Source: Arcobacteraceae bacterium
GTDB taxonomy: Bacteria; Campylobacterota; Campylobacteria; Campylobacterales; Arcobacteraceae
Direction: 5' to 3'
DNA length: 49,283 nt
Assembly: GCA_048268245.1 (NCBI GenBank)
Contig: JBLWVX010000019.1
Coordinates: 1 to 49,283, forward strand
Below, one piece after another: positions 28,267 through 39,259 of the stretch. The position numbers were made by a program, and so were the translations under genes. Below the pieces are notes generated by a model. That model made no database searches. It was not told the DNA's origin and was given only the letters and a program-made list of their open reading frames with translations. Numbering within the stretch: the stretch's first letter is position 1; the number at the start of each line of letters is the position of its first letter.

Positions 28267-29178
28267 ATGACAGATACAAATAAAAACCTATTTTACTTTT
28301 TGATGTTTCTAGCTATGGCTGGTTGGGGTGCTTCATGGGTAAATGCTAAAGTTTTAAGCTCATATATAAATGAGTATGAACTAATTTTTTTAAGAAATTT
28401 TTTTACTATAGCAAGTTTAATTCCTGTACTTATTTTTACAAGAAAATATTTCTATATAAATAAAAGAAGTTTTCTTTTAGCTATCTTAGCATCAGTAATT
28501 ATGATAGCTTATATGAAGTGCTATTTTTTAGGAACAAAGTTTGGTACAGCTTCACTTGGTGGAGCACTTGTAACAACGCTAATTCCAATAAATACCTTTT
28601 TAATTATGGCTTTTTTCTTCGGTAAAAAAATAGTAAAAAAAGACTACTTTGCTTTAATTATTGGAGCATTAGGAGTTATGACTATGCTTAATGTTTGGTC
28701 TTTTTCAAGTGAGCAAATATTTACAATACAAAATATGTATTTTTTAGGAGCTTCTATTTTATGGCCTGCTCTAACAATTACAAGCTCTAAGATTACTAAG
28801 ACATCACCTATGGTATTTACTTTATATATGTATATTATTACATCTATTATGGTTGTTGTATTTTTTACAGAGTCATTAGAGTTTAATTATTCTAGTTATG
28901 ACACAATATTTTGGATAAATATCTTGGGATTAGCAGTAGTTTCAACAACTTTTTCAACTACTATTTATTTTATAGGTATTGAAAAGCTTGGAACAAATGA
29001 AGTAAGTTCTTTTATATTTTTAGTACCATTATTTGCTATTTTATTTAGTATTATTTTCTTAAAAGAACACTTAAGTATTTCACTTCTAATAGGTACTGTT
29101 TTAACACTAATAGCTGTAAAAATTTTAAATAATATAAAAATTTTAAAAAAAAGAGGAAAAGTTGAGTACAGAAAATAA
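28267..29178 (+). CDS. DMT/EamA-family transporter
   Basis: WGASWVNAK, SSFIFLVPLFA..FLKE; about 10 TM. Confidence 0.88.
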   Translation: MTDTNKNLFYFLMFLAMAGWGASWVNAKVLSSYINEYELIFLRNFFTIASLIPVLIFTRKYFYINKRSFLLAILASVIMIAYMKCYFLGTKFGTASLGGALVTTLIPINTFLIMAFFFGKKIVKKDYFALIIGALGVMTMLNVWSFSSEQIFTIQNMYFLGASILWPALTITSSKITKTSPMVFTLYMYIITSIMVVVFFTESLEFNYSSYDTIFWINILGLAVVSTTFSTTIYFIGIEKLGTNEVSSFIFLVPLFAILFSIIFLKEHLSISLLIGTVLTLIAVKILNNIKILKKRGKVEYRK

Positions 29179-30358
29179 AAAGCTAAATACCTTTACTTTA
29201 TCAGGCCTAATAATAGGACCTATTTTAGGTTCAGGACTTATACTATTGCCTCCACTTTTATATAATATGATTGGAAACTTTTCACTTGTTATTTGGGCAG
29301 TAATTTTAAGTCTAGGTTTTGTTTTTGCTTTAATATTTGCAAAGCTTGCAATTTTATATCCAGGAGATGGAGGAGTAAGTCTTGCCACAAAAGAAGCAAT
29401 GGGTAAGAAATATCAATTACTTACATCTTTTTATTTAATTTGTGCTGTATTTTTTGGACCAGTAGCTGTACTTTTAATAGCAGCAGAATTTATACAAGTT
29501 TATTTTCCTAATAGTTCTTTAGTTGAACTAAGTTTTTATATTTACTTAATCATTTATTGTTTACTACTTATAAAAATAGACTTCTTGGGTAAATTAATGC
29601 TAATTGTTAGTTCAACAATTACTATTATTTTTCTTTTATCAAGTATATATGTACTATTTAATATAAATGAGTTTTCTTTTTCTTTTCCAAATATTGAAAC
29701 TTCACAAATTGGATACTCTTTTGTTTTAGCATTTTGGGCAATAGTTGGATGGGAAGTAATAGGTAACTACTCAAATGAAGTTAAAGAAACAAACATAATA
29801 AGTAGGTCTGTAGTTCTTTCTGCCATTGTTGTATCTTTAGTTTATATCTTAGTAACCTTAGCCATTTGTTTTGGTGAATTTCCTAAAAATGAAGAGTTTA
29901 AATTAGTATGGATAATAAAACCTTTATTTGGGAATATCTCAGATTTATTACTTGCTACAATTTCTATGATTTTATGTATTGGAACACTTATTCTTTTTGT
30001 GGGAGGAGTAGCTAGGCTTATTTCATCTTTAAAGCTTACAATTTATACTTCAAAACATCTAAAAAACAATACGCCAATAGGAGCATTAAACTTTTTATCT
30101 ATAATTTATATAATAACTTTAGTTTTAGTAAATCTTGATTATTTAAGTCTTGATAACTTAGTAGCTTTTGCAGATGCCTTTTTTATTTCAAATGCAATTA
30201 TTGGTCTTATTACAGCAGTCATTCTTTTTGATAGAGGCTTTTTTAAATTTAGTGCTATATTTCTAATTGGAGTTTTTTTTATAATCATGCTTTTTTCAAA
30301 TATTTTTATTTTAGCTATGATTATAGGGTTATTTTTATTTACTTATTTTAAGAAGTGA
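29162..30358 (+). CDS. APC-family amino acid permease (YjeH-like exporter)
   Basis: ILGSGLILLP, YPGDGG, AFWAIVGWE; TTG start. Confidence 0.82.
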   Translation: MSTENKKLNTFTLSGLIIGPILGSGLILLPPLLYNMIGNFSLVIWAVILSLGFVFALIFAKLAILYPGDGGVSLATKEAMGKKYQLLTSFYLICAVFFGPVAVLLIAAEFIQVYFPNSSLVELSFYIYLIIYCLLLIKIDFLGKLMLIVSSTITIIFLLSSIYVLFNINEFSFSFPNIETSQIGYSFVLAFWAIVGWEVIGNYSNEVKETNIISRSVVLSAIVVSLVYILVTLAICFGEFPKNEEFKLVWIIKPLFGNISDLLLATISMILCIGTLILFVGGVARLISSLKLTIYTSKHLKNNTPIGALNFLSIIYIITLVLVNLDYLSLDNLVAFADAFFISNAIIGLITAVILFDRGFFKFSAIFLIGVFFIIMLFSNIFILAMIIGLFLFTYFKK

Positions 30359-30388
30359 TGTTTATACTTCTTAAAATAGATATTTATA

Positions 30389-31246
30389 TTAATAATCTTT
30401 TAACACATCCTTAGTAAGAGAGCGTCCATACTCTATAAGCTCTTTTGCTTTATGAAAATCATAAAACTCACAAGCTTTTGAGGAAACATTTATCATAATA
30501 TCAGGCTTATGACTTGCTAATTGATGTCTTGCTATTACATCTTGCATACTCTCTATAGATAAGTTTAAAATCTCAAAATATGAAAGTTTTTTCTTTTTAG
30601 TAAACTTTTTATTTAAAAACTTACCTACAGTCTTCTTTAAATAACTGTCATCTTTTTCAAATATTTTTTTATGTTTATCTTTGATAATCGCATCATCATT
30701 TAAATTCACAGCTATTACTAAATCTGTAAACTCAGATGCAACAGGTAAAATTGGAACAGGATTTAAAATACCACCATCAAATAAAACTCTTCCATTTAGT
30801 TTTTTAGGGGTGAAAATAGTAGGAATTGATATTGAAGCTCTTATTGCATCTTTTAGACTTCCTTTTCTAAGCCAAACCTCTTTTTTATTTAAAATATCAG
30901 TTGCTGTTGCAGTAAAAGGTATAGGTAAATCTTCTATCAAAATATCTTTTCCCATAAACTCTTGAATTTTATCAAAAACCTTATCTGCTTTTATCATTCC
31001 ACCATCTGAAAATGAAAAATCAACTAAGTCTAAAACATCTAAAACATCAAAATTTAAAACCCAATCTTCGTAAGCTTGAAGTTTCCCACTTGCATATAAA
31101 CCACCAACTAAAGCGCCCATAGAAGAGCCTGAAATAGACTTTATTTCATAACCTTGTTTTTCTAACTCTTTTATAACTCCAATATGAGCATAACCTCTAG
31201 CCCCTCCACTTCCAAGAACTAGTGATACTGTTTTTTTCTTTTTCAT
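30389..31246 (-). CDS. Patatin-like phospholipase (RssA-like)
   Basis: GSGGARG, GSSMG nucleophile elbow, DGG. Confidence 0.92.
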   Translation of the reverse strand: MKKKKTVSLVLGSGGARGYAHIGVIKELEKQGYEIKSISGSSMGALVGGLYASGKLQAYEDWVLNFDVLDVLDLVDFSFSDGGMIKADKVFDKIQEFMGKDILIEDLPIPFTATATDILNKKEVWLRKGSLKDAIRASISIPTIFTPKKLNGRVLFDGGILNPVPILPVASEFTDLVIAVNLNDDAIIKDKHKKIFEKDDSYLKKTVGKFLNKKFTKKKKLSYFEILNLSIESMQDVIARHQLASHKPDIMINVSSKACEFYDFHKAKELIEYGRSLTKDVLKDY

Positions 31247-31254
31247 AATTTTCC

Positions 31255-32562
31255 TTAATCACTTTTTGTTTTTAAAGCGTTAATCTCTTTTGCAACATCT
31301 GCTTCATCGCTTGAGATATTTACTAATTTTTTCATAACTAAAGAGGCTGTTAAATCCCCTGTCACGTTTATAGTAGTTCTACACATATCAAGTATTCTGT
31401 CAACTCCTAAAATAAGTGCTATTCCCTCAACAGGAACTCCTAAACTTTGAAGAATTGTTGCAAGTATTACAATACCAACACCTGGTGTACTTGGAGCTCC
31501 AATAGAAGCTGCTACTGTTGTTAAAGCTAAGATTATCATCTGAGTTAAACTTAAATCTATTCCAAATAATTGTGTTAAAAATATAGCTGCTATTACTTGA
31601 TATATTGCTGTTCCATCCATATTTATAGTTGCACCTAATGGTATTACAAATTTAGAAATTGGTGTAGGAACATTTAGTTTATCTTCTGCTATTTTCATCG
31701 ATAAAGGCATTACAGCAGCTGATGAAGAAGTTGAAAAAGCCATAAGTTGAACTTCACGAACTCTTTTTATAAAATCAAGAGGTTTTATTTTTGAACTTAA
31801 ATATACTATTGTTAAGTAAAAACATAAAAGTGCAAATAATCCTAATAAAACTGTAAATACATACATTGACATAGAAGATATTGCATCAAATCCTATTTTA
31901 ATAGTGATACTACAAAGTAAACCAAAAACAGCATAAGGAGCAAGCTTCATAGCCCAACTAACTACTGTCATAGAAAACGCTTGAAATGACTTAGCTAAAT
32001 CTTTCATAGGTTTTGAGTCATCATCTTCCATATTCATCAAAGCAACACCAACAAAAATAGCAAGTATTACAAAAAACAGTATATTACCATCAAGTTCAGC
32101 TTGACTTACATTTACAGGGATTAAATCTACAATCATATCAGGAATTGAAGTATTTGATATAGGATTTACTTCTTTTATTACCACAGTACTTGTACTTATA
32201 GTATTTAATATATCTTTTGATACATATTGCCCAGGGTTTATATATAAAGCTATAATCAAACCTAAAGTAACAGCAACTATAGTTGTAAATACAAAATAAG
32301 GAGCTATTTTCAAACCTAAACTTTTTAATGTTTCTGTATTATTTGCACTTGTAATTCCTAAAATTATTGAACTCATAACAAGAGGAATTACTACCATTTT
32401 TATAAGTGCTAAGAAGATATTTCCAGCTAAAGCAACCCAAGGAGCAATAGTAAAAGCAACTTCTTTTGAGACTAAAGCAAAAGCATTTGGAGATAAAACA
32501 AGTCCTACTACAATCCCTAAAATCATTCCAACTAAAACTTTAAACCAAAGTGTTTTAAACAT
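31255..32562 (-). CDS. Dicarboxylate/amino acid:cation symporter (DAACS)
   Basis: AFSTSSS, GATINMDG, DRILDMCRTTINV. Confidence 0.93.
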   Translation of the reverse strand: MFKTLWFKVLVGMILGIVVGLVLSPNAFALVSKEVAFTIAPWVALAGNIFLALIKMVVIPLVMSSIILGITSANNTETLKSLGLKIAPYFVFTTIVAVTLGLIIALYINPGQYVSKDILNTISTSTVVIKEVNPISNTSIPDMIVDLIPVNVSQAELDGNILFFVILAIFVGVALMNMEDDDSKPMKDLAKSFQAFSMTVVSWAMKLAPYAVFGLLCSITIKIGFDAISSMSMYVFTVLLGLFALLCFYLTIVYLSSKIKPLDFIKRVREVQLMAFSTSSSAAVMPLSMKIAEDKLNVPTPISKFVIPLGATINMDGTAIYQVIAAIFLTQLFGIDLSLTQMIILALTTVAASIGAPSTPGVGIVILATILQSLGVPVEGIALILGVDRILDMCRTTINVTGDLTASLVMKKLVNISSDEADVAKEINALKTKSD

Positions 32563-32563
32563 T

Positions 32564-35500
32564 TTAAGACCTCTTTACTTTGTATAAAATAGCATATAAA
32601 ACAGGTATAAAACCTAATGTTAAAATCGTAGAGAACATTAAACCAAATATAATAGAAATAGCCATAGGTTCCCACATTTCACCACCACTATACCATAAGG
32701 GAATTAATCCAAAGATTGTAGTAATAGTTGTAAGAACAATAGGCCTAAACCTACTAACACAAGCTTCTATAATTGAATCATATAAACTTAAGCCATTATC
32801 ATTTTCAAGTTTTATTCTCTCTAAAAGAACAATTGCGTTGTTTATTACAATACCACTTAAAGAGATAATTCCTAAAAGAGTCATAAATCCAAAATATGAA
32901 TTCATGCTATAAATCCCAATTGATACCCCAATAACACCTAAAGGAATAGAAATAAGTATAATAAATGGCTTTCTAATAGAGTTAAATTGAGCAACCATAA
33001 GTAAAACTATAACCATAAAAGCAAGGGGTAAATTCTCAACTATTGACTTATTTGCTTTTCCTGAGGCTTCATACTCTCCACCAAATTCATAATAATACCC
33101 CAAAGGAAACTGTTTTTGTAACTCATCCATAAAAGGCTGTATTTTTTCAAATACTGCTATTGCATTTGCTCCTTGGTTTATATTTGCTCCAATTGTTACT
33201 GTTTTTAATCTATCTCTTCTAATAATTTTTGATTCTTCAAAGACTGCTTTTACAGAAGCAACCTGAGATAAAGGAATATTTTTTCCACTACTTTGAGAGT
33301 AAACACTAATTGATTTAAATCTATCTAAATCATCTTTTGTATTCTCATTAGATCTTAAAACTATAGGTATTAACTTATCATCTTTTCTAAAAGTTGTAAC
33401 CTCAAAACCACTTAAGGCACTTTGCAATGAGATTGCAATATCAAGGTTTGAAATACCCTCTTTTAAAGCTTTTGCCTCATCAATATCCACAACAAACTTC
33501 TTGTTTCTTATACCCCAATCATCAACAATAGTTTTAACTTCATCGTAGCTTGATAACTTTTGTTTTATTATTGAACTTAACTCAAAAAGTTTATCAACTT
33601 CTTTTCCACTTATTCTTATCTCAATTGGTTGCTTTACAGGAGGTCCGTTTGCTAAAACTTTTGCTGAAACCTGCATATCAGGAAAACTATTTTTAGCAAA
33701 CTCTTCCACATCTTTTTTTACACTATATAGATTTTTATACTCTTTTACATTTACTAAAATCGTACTATACTCTACACTTGCTAACTCTTGGTCATATGCC
33801 AACCAAAACCTTGGAGCACTCTGACCTATAAAAGATACAAAGTTTTTAACCTGATGTTTTTTTATTATATATTTTTGATTTATATACCCTTCTATTTTTC
33901 CTACAGCTTGTTTTGTTGTATCTATATTTGTTCCAACTGGAAGTCTAAGCTCTAAGGTAAAACTAGGTTCACTTGAAGGTGGAAAAAACTTTTTTGGAAC
34001 CATATCTAAGACTTTTAGAGAACCTACAAAAATCAAAATTACAGCTATTACAGTTAAATATCTGAATTTTAAAACAGTTTTTAAAAACCCTCTATAATAA
34101 AAATAAAACTTGCTCTCTTTATCTACAAGCTTTTTCTTTTTCATAAAATATTTACTTAAAACAGGTGTTAAAGTAAGTGCTAAAACCCAAGAGGAAAGTA
34201 AAGTTATAGTAACTACTTTAAATATAGAGTTTGTATACTCTCCTGTGCTTGATTTTGCTAAAAAGATTGGAAGAAATGCTGCTGATGTTGTAAGTGCAGA
34301 TGTTAAAAGTGGTATTTTTAATTCATTTGCACTTTGCAATGAAGCTTCAAATACACTCTTTCCTCTTTGCATTAAAACCATAATAGACTCACTCATAACA
34401 ATAGCACTATCAACTAAAAGCCCAAGAGATATAATAAGTGCTGCTAAAGATACTTGATCTAGCCAAATATCAAAAATACTCATGATTATAAAAGAAGTCA
34501 AAACAGACATTGGAATTAAAACAGCAACAATAAGTCCTGTTCTAAAACCAAGAGAAAATAGCATAACTAAAACAACTAAAGCCATAGCTTGAAGTAAGTT
34601 ATCTACAAAGTTTCCAACAATTTGCTCTACTATTCTAGGTTCATCAAAAAGCTTTTCTAATTTTACACCTAAAGGAAGTTTATTTTGAATTTCTAACATC
34701 AAGTTATCAAGTTTCTCTCCAAGCTTTATAATATCCCCATCTTTTTTCATAGAAATAGCTAGAACTATTGCATTTTGGGCATTTTTTCTTACTATGAAAC
34801 TACTTGGGTCTTTATATTCATACTTTATGTTTGCTATATCTTTTAAGTATATATACTCACCCGTTACTAAAGGAACAATTGTATTTTCTATTTGTTTTAT
34901 ATTTTCATAATTTCCAGTTGGTTCAACTGACAATCTTGAAGTATCAACTTTTATACTTCCACCTGATAAAACTATATTTTTTTGCTCTAAAATATTCTTA
35001 AGATATGAAGCACTAAGATTTAATTTTGCTAATTTTGTATTATCAAACTCTACATAAACTCTTTGAGGTTGAAGTCCTAGTAACTCAACCTTAGCAACCT
35101 CATCAATTCTTAGTATAATATCCTTAGCATCATTTGCAATATCTTCAAGCTCTTTATATTCTAAGCCATCACTTGTAATTGAGATTAAATTTCCATAAAC
35201 ATCTCCAAACTCATCATTTACTATAGGTTGGCTTGTTCCATTTGGTAATGACCTACTTCCTTTTTCAACTTTTCTTCTAAGGCTATCCCAAATCTCACGC
35301 ATATTTTTGTGCTTTTCTAAAATATTTACAAAAATTATTGATACACCATTTTTTGAAGTTGATTTTATATTATCAAGTTCAGGCATCTCTTGTATAGTTT
35401 TTTCTAGTTTATCAGTTACAAGTTGCTCAACTCTTTTTGCACTAGCTCCTGGAAAGTATGTTACAACTGTTGCAGTTCTTATTATAAAACCTGGATCTTT

Positions 35501-35605
35501 TGCCCTTGGTAAATCAAAAAAAGATACTACTCCATAGATTAAAAGCATAAGTGAGAAGACTATAGTAACAGTGCTTTTTTCTAAAGCAAATTTTGTAATA
35601 GACAT
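32564..35605 (-). CDS. RND efflux permease (operon 2)
   Basis: 1013 aa; GLLVDSAIV, GIVINNAIVL, RFRPIVLTT. Confidence 0.95.
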   Translation of the reverse strand: MSITKFALEKSTVTIVFSLMLLIYGVVSFFDLPRAKDPGFIIRTATVVTYFPGASAKRVEQLVTDKLEKTIQEMPELDNIKSTSKNGVSIIFVNILEKHKNMREIWDSLRRKVEKGSRSLPNGTSQPIVNDEFGDVYGNLISITSDGLEYKELEDIANDAKDIILRIDEVAKVELLGLQPQRVYVEFDNTKLAKLNLSASYLKNILEQKNIVLSGGSIKVDTSRLSVEPTGNYENIKQIENTIVPLVTGEYIYLKDIANIKYEYKDPSSFIVRKNAQNAIVLAISMKKDGDIIKLGEKLDNLMLEIQNKLPLGVKLEKLFDEPRIVEQIVGNFVDNLLQAMALVVLVMLFSLGFRTGLIVAVLIPMSVLTSFIIMSIFDIWLDQVSLAALIISLGLLVDSAIVMSESIMVLMQRGKSVFEASLQSANELKIPLLTSALTTSAAFLPIFLAKSSTGEYTNSIFKVVTITLLSSWVLALTLTPVLSKYFMKKKKLVDKESKFYFYYRGFLKTVLKFRYLTVIAVILIFVGSLKVLDMVPKKFFPPSSEPSFTLELRLPVGTNIDTTKQAVGKIEGYINQKYIIKKHQVKNFVSFIGQSAPRFWLAYDQELASVEYSTILVNVKEYKNLYSVKKDVEEFAKNSFPDMQVSAKVLANGPPVKQPIEIRISGKEVDKLFELSSIIKQKLSSYDEVKTIVDDWGIRNKKFVVDIDEAKALKEGISNLDIAISLQSALSGFEVTTFRKDDKLIPIVLRSNENTKDDLDRFKSISVYSQSSGKNIPLSQVASVKAVFEESKIIRRDRLKTVTIGANINQGANAIAVFEKIQPFMDELQKQFPLGYYYEFGGEYEASGKANKSIVENLPLAFMVIVLLMVAQFNSIRKPFIILISIPLGVIGVSIGIYSMNSYFGFMTLLGIISLSGIVINNAIVLLERIKLENDNGLSLYDSIIEACVSRFRPIVLTTITTIFGLIPLWYSGGEMWEPMAISIIFGLMFSTILTLGFIPVLYAILYKVKRS

Positions 35606-35606
35606 C

Positions 35607-36707
35607 TTATTTTCCTAAATCTTTGATATTTGATACTTTTACTCTCATCTGCTCATAAACTTCACTCATTCCCGCTTTCAAAACTAAATCATCACTTTTT
35701 AATCCCTCAAGTATTTCAAAGCCATCACTAGTTAACTCCCCTACTTTAACCATAGTTTTTTTAATCACATAATCTTTTTCATCTTTTTTAAGGGTATATA
35801 CAAAATATCCCTCTTTATCATTTAAAACACTATTTGAAGGAACACAATAAATACTATTTTTTGAAGCATCTAAGAGATTAAAGTAAACATCTGCTGACAT
35901 ACCTGACTTGATTAGTTTTGAACTATTTCTTAGTTTTACAACAACTTTATAAGTTTTACTTTTAGATGAAGCATACTTTGATACTTCTTTTACTTTTGCT
36001 GTAAATACTCTGTTTTTATCAAGTGAAGGAAATACTACTTTTACTAAATCATTTTGCTCTATTCTATTTATGATTGATTCAGGAACTTGTACTAATACTT
36101 CATCTATTAGCTTATCTCCTATTAAAACAATAGGTGTTCCTACTGCTACATTTTCATTTTCTTGTACATATTTTAATGAAATATACCCATTCATTGGTGA
36201 ATAAAGTTTTGTGTATGAAAGTTTTAGTTTTGCATACTCTAACTCTTTTGTGATATTTTTAACCTTTGCATTTGTAGCTTCATAAGCTGCTTTTGCTTTA
36301 TCTATATCACTTACACTTGCATTTTGATTTATGTACAGTTTTTTTACTCTCTCATAACTGCTTTTGGCATTTTGCAAACTTGCATTTGCTTCACTTAGAG
36401 CATATCTTATTTGAGAAACTCTTAGCTCATAAGGTTTTGAATCTAACTTTGCTATTAATTCATCTTTTTTTACTTCATCACCTATTTTTGATTTTAGATA
36501 TGTGATGTTTCCTTGCACTTTAAAGCTTAGTTTTGTTTCATTATTTGAAATAGCAGTTGCATTAAAAACTCTACTTTCATTTGAATCTTTTGCTATTGGT
36601 AAAGTAGCAAATACTGTTTTTATATCTTGTGTTTGTAACTTTTGCTCTTTTTCTTGGCAAGCAGTAAAAACTACTAAAATAAATATGGCTAAAACTAAAT
36701 TTTTCAA
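35607..36707 (-). CDS. RND periplasmic adaptor lipoprotein
   Basis: Lipobox FTAC, LSFKVQG, lipoyl motifs; TTG start. Confidence 0.92.
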   Translation of the reverse strand: MKNLVLAIFILVVFTACQEKEQKLQTQDIKTVFATLPIAKDSNESRVFNATAISNNETKLSFKVQGNITYLKSKIGDEVKKDELIAKLDSKPYELRVSQIRYALSEANASLQNAKSSYERVKKLYINQNASVSDIDKAKAAYEATNAKVKNITKELEYAKLKLSYTKLYSPMNGYISLKYVQENENVAVGTPIVLIGDKLIDEVLVQVPESIINRIEQNDLVKVVFPSLDKNRVFTAKVKEVSKYASSKSKTYKVVVKLRNSSKLIKSGMSADVYFNLLDASKNSIYCVPSNSVLNDKEGYFVYTLKKDEKDYVIKKTMVKVGELTSDGFEILEGLKSDDLVLKAGMSEVYEQMRVKVSNIKDLGK

Positions 36708-38461
36708 CTTTTATCCTTTAAAATCTCTTGTATTTTTCTTTCAACTTCTTCTTTTTTTATCTCATCTAATAAAATATCTATACGTCCACTAAAAAAGTAT
36801 ATAGAACTTAAATCCACTAAATATTCTATATTCGAAATATTTAGATTTAACTTTGAAACTATATATGAGTTTTGAGCATCTAAAAGCGAGATAATATTCT
36901 CTTTTCCTTTTTTATACTTATCTTGAATTAATTCATAATTCTTCTGTGAAGAATTTAAAGAGTCTTTTGAATAACCTATCTTTGAATAGGACTCTTCTAA
37001 TGAATCATAATTTTTTCTCACATTCTCTATTATTAGATTTTTTACATCATTGTATTGAAGTTTTAAATCAATCAATTCAACTTCATTTTTTTGAATCTTT
37101 GAGTTTTTAACTCCCCCTTCATACAATGGAAGATTTAAATTTATTACAGCTTGATACTCTTCATCATCCGAAATTCTTGGCATATCAGAAGCTTCACCAC
37201 CTCTTTTTAGAACTTTTTTTGCACTTCCTTCAAAAGCAATACTTGGTAAGTAATAAGAGTTTTTATTCATTTGTAGCTGTTCATTTTTTGCTTTTATTAA
37301 CTCTTTTATTTGTTTTAATCTTGGATGAGTATGAACTATTTCAGAGGTAAAAGCTTCTTGAACCTTTTTATTTTCTAAGTACTTAATAGCATCTTTATTT
37401 AAAAGCTTAAAAAGTTTTGAGTTTAATCCATACTCTAAAAAATCATATTCATTTTTTATTCTAAGTAAATTTGATAGTTGAACTTTTAGTTTTTTTAACT
37501 CTTTTTGAGAAGTTGCTAGTTGTATATTTGCGTTTGCTAATTCACTTTGCCATCTATATACGTCACTTCTATCTTGAACTCCTATTTGATTTCTTTGTTT
37601 TGCAAATAAAAGATTTCTTTGTATGAAATCATGTTTTATTTTGATTATTTGATTATACTCTTTTGCTTTTATTATGTTTAAATATATCAGCGTTACTTTA
37701 TATAAAATTTCATCATCTAAAGCCTTAGCTTCTTGTTTTGTAGATTTATATAAAAGCTTATTTATTTCTATATTTTTTAAAACCTTATCTGAATAAATAA
37801 GCTGGGATAACTTTAATCCTGCTTCAAGTGTTCTTTGAGGATTTAAACCTCTACTTGCAAGGGCTCTATCTTCATCAATCTCTATATAGTTTGAGAAAAT
37901 ATCAATTTTAGGTTTATATAAACTTTTTGTTTCATGAACTCCTATCTCTTGAAGTTTTATACTATTTTGGTTTCTTTTTATTTGAAGATTATTTTCTACT
38001 GCTAAGTTTAAAACCTCTTTTAAATTTAGAGTTTTAAAAGTTTTATTTTGTTTATTTTCTAAAACTAATGCTTTATTTTTTATATGTATAGTTTTATTTC
38101 TTTTCTCTTTTAAATACTCAAAAATCCCTAAAGAAGTTGTTCTTATAACTCTATTTTCATCATATATAGATGATATTAAATTATACGTAATAATATATGA
38201 GTTGTGCTTTTTAGGCTTTGAGCCTACACTATTAAATAAAAAAACTGCTTCTTTATTATCAATTAGACTTTGACAATTTTTAGAACAAACTTCTATTTTA
38301 TAATTAATTTTGTCACTACTTGAAAAAAGTTTTGAACTCTCTTTTTTTATGGCTTCTAAATAAGTTTGTGATGTTTTATCCACAACTAGATTCAAACTGT
38401 ATTCTTTACTAAAAGCAAGACTTGTAAAAACTATAAATATTAAAATAAAAAACCTTTTCAT
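36704..38461 (-). CDS. TolC-family protein with about 140-aa N-terminal extension
   Basis: TolC fold starts near LNLKEVLNLAVENN; YYLPSI and LPLYEGG motifs. Confidence 0.88.
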   Translation of the reverse strand: MKRFFILIFIVFTSLAFSKEYSLNLVVDKTSQTYLEAIKKESSKLFSSSDKINYKIEVCSKNCQSLIDNKEAVFLFNSVGSKPKKHNSYIITYNLISSIYDENRVIRTTSLGIFEYLKEKRNKTIHIKNKALVLENKQNKTFKTLNLKEVLNLAVENNLQIKRNQNSIKLQEIGVHETKSLYKPKIDIFSNYIEIDEDRALASRGLNPQRTLEAGLKLSQLIYSDKVLKNIEINKLLYKSTKQEAKALDDEILYKVTLIYLNIIKAKEYNQIIKIKHDFIQRNLLFAKQRNQIGVQDRSDVYRWQSELANANIQLATSQKELKKLKVQLSNLLRIKNEYDFLEYGLNSKLFKLLNKDAIKYLENKKVQEAFTSEIVHTHPRLKQIKELIKAKNEQLQMNKNSYYLPSIAFEGSAKKVLKRGGEASDMPRISDDEEYQAVINLNLPLYEGGVKNSKIQKNEVELIDLKLQYNDVKNLIIENVRKNYDSLEESYSKIGYSKDSLNSSQKNYELIQDKYKKGKENIISLLDAQNSYIVSKLNLNISNIEYLVDLSSIYFFSGRIDILLDEIKKEEVERKIQEILKDKS

Positions 38462-38462
38462 C

Positions 38463-39101
38463 TTATGCCTTTTTGTTTAAGTAATTTATTGAAGTTAATA
38501 GATTTGTATTTTCTAAACCTTTTTTTGTCATATAAGGTTTTATAAAATACAAAATATTTAATATCCCTTTTTTTCTTCTTGTCTCTTCATCTTCTAACCT
38601 ATCAATTAACCAATATATCTCCCATTGAGTTGCGATAATCCAAGTATTTGAAACTAAAAATTCAAGTTCATACTCTTCTAAACTCTTCATATATCCATAC
38701 TTCATTTGATGAGAATATACATGTTTTATTTGCTGTTTTTTTTGAATTTGATTTTTTTCAAAAGCCTCTTTTACTTTTGGATAATTCAAATAGATATTAT
38801 TAAGTTCAAGTCTAAAAAATCTATATTTTAACTCATAAGCCATTTGCTGTTCTAGAAAGTCATAATAGTCAAAAGCCATATCTTCACCCTCTTTGACACT
38901 TGTAAGTTGCCTTGAGATCAAAGACATAAACTCTTCATAAATAGCTATAATAATTTCTTCTTTATTCTTGAAGTAATAATATAAATTCCCCACACTAATA
39001 CCAAGCTTTGAAGCTATATGTCTTGTACTTGTATTTATGCAGCCTTTTTCATTAAAAAGATTTATTGATTCTTGAATTATTAGATTTTTTCTACTAGTCA
39101 A
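38463..39101 (-). CDS. TetR/AcrR-family regulator of RND operon 2
   Basis: HTH STRHIASKLGISVGNLYYYFKNKEE; TTG start with AAGGA RBS. Confidence 0.93.
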   Translation of the reverse strand: MTSRKNLIIQESINLFNEKGCINTSTRHIASKLGISVGNLYYYFKNKEEIIIAIYEEFMSLISRQLTSVKEGEDMAFDYYDFLEQQMAYELKYRFFRLELNNIYLNYPKVKEAFEKNQIQKKQQIKHVYSHQMKYGYMKSLEEYELEFLVSNTWIIATQWEIYWLIDRLEDEETRRKKGILNILYFIKPYMTKKGLENTNLLTSINYLNKKA

Positions 39102-39131
39102 AACTATCCTTTAAAACTTTTGCCCCAATTA

Positions 39132-39147
39132 TAGAACATATGTTCTA
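39132..39147. promoter_or_regulatory. Putative TetR operator
   Basis: Perfect 16-bp palindrome TAGAACATATGTTCTA abutting the minus-strand TATAAT upstream of tetR. Confidence 0.75.
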
Positions 39148-39230
39148 AAAGAGTAATTAAAAAATATATTATTATACTAGTATTTCAAATGTAGTTTTTT
39201 ATCTTGAAGGGAAATATATAGTTTGAGTTT

Positions 39231-39259
39231 TAAAACTAGAGAGTTATTCTCTAGTTTTA
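39231..39259 (-). terminator. Terminator of the SDR gene
   Basis: taaaactagaga-N5-tctctagtttta. Confidence 0.65.
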
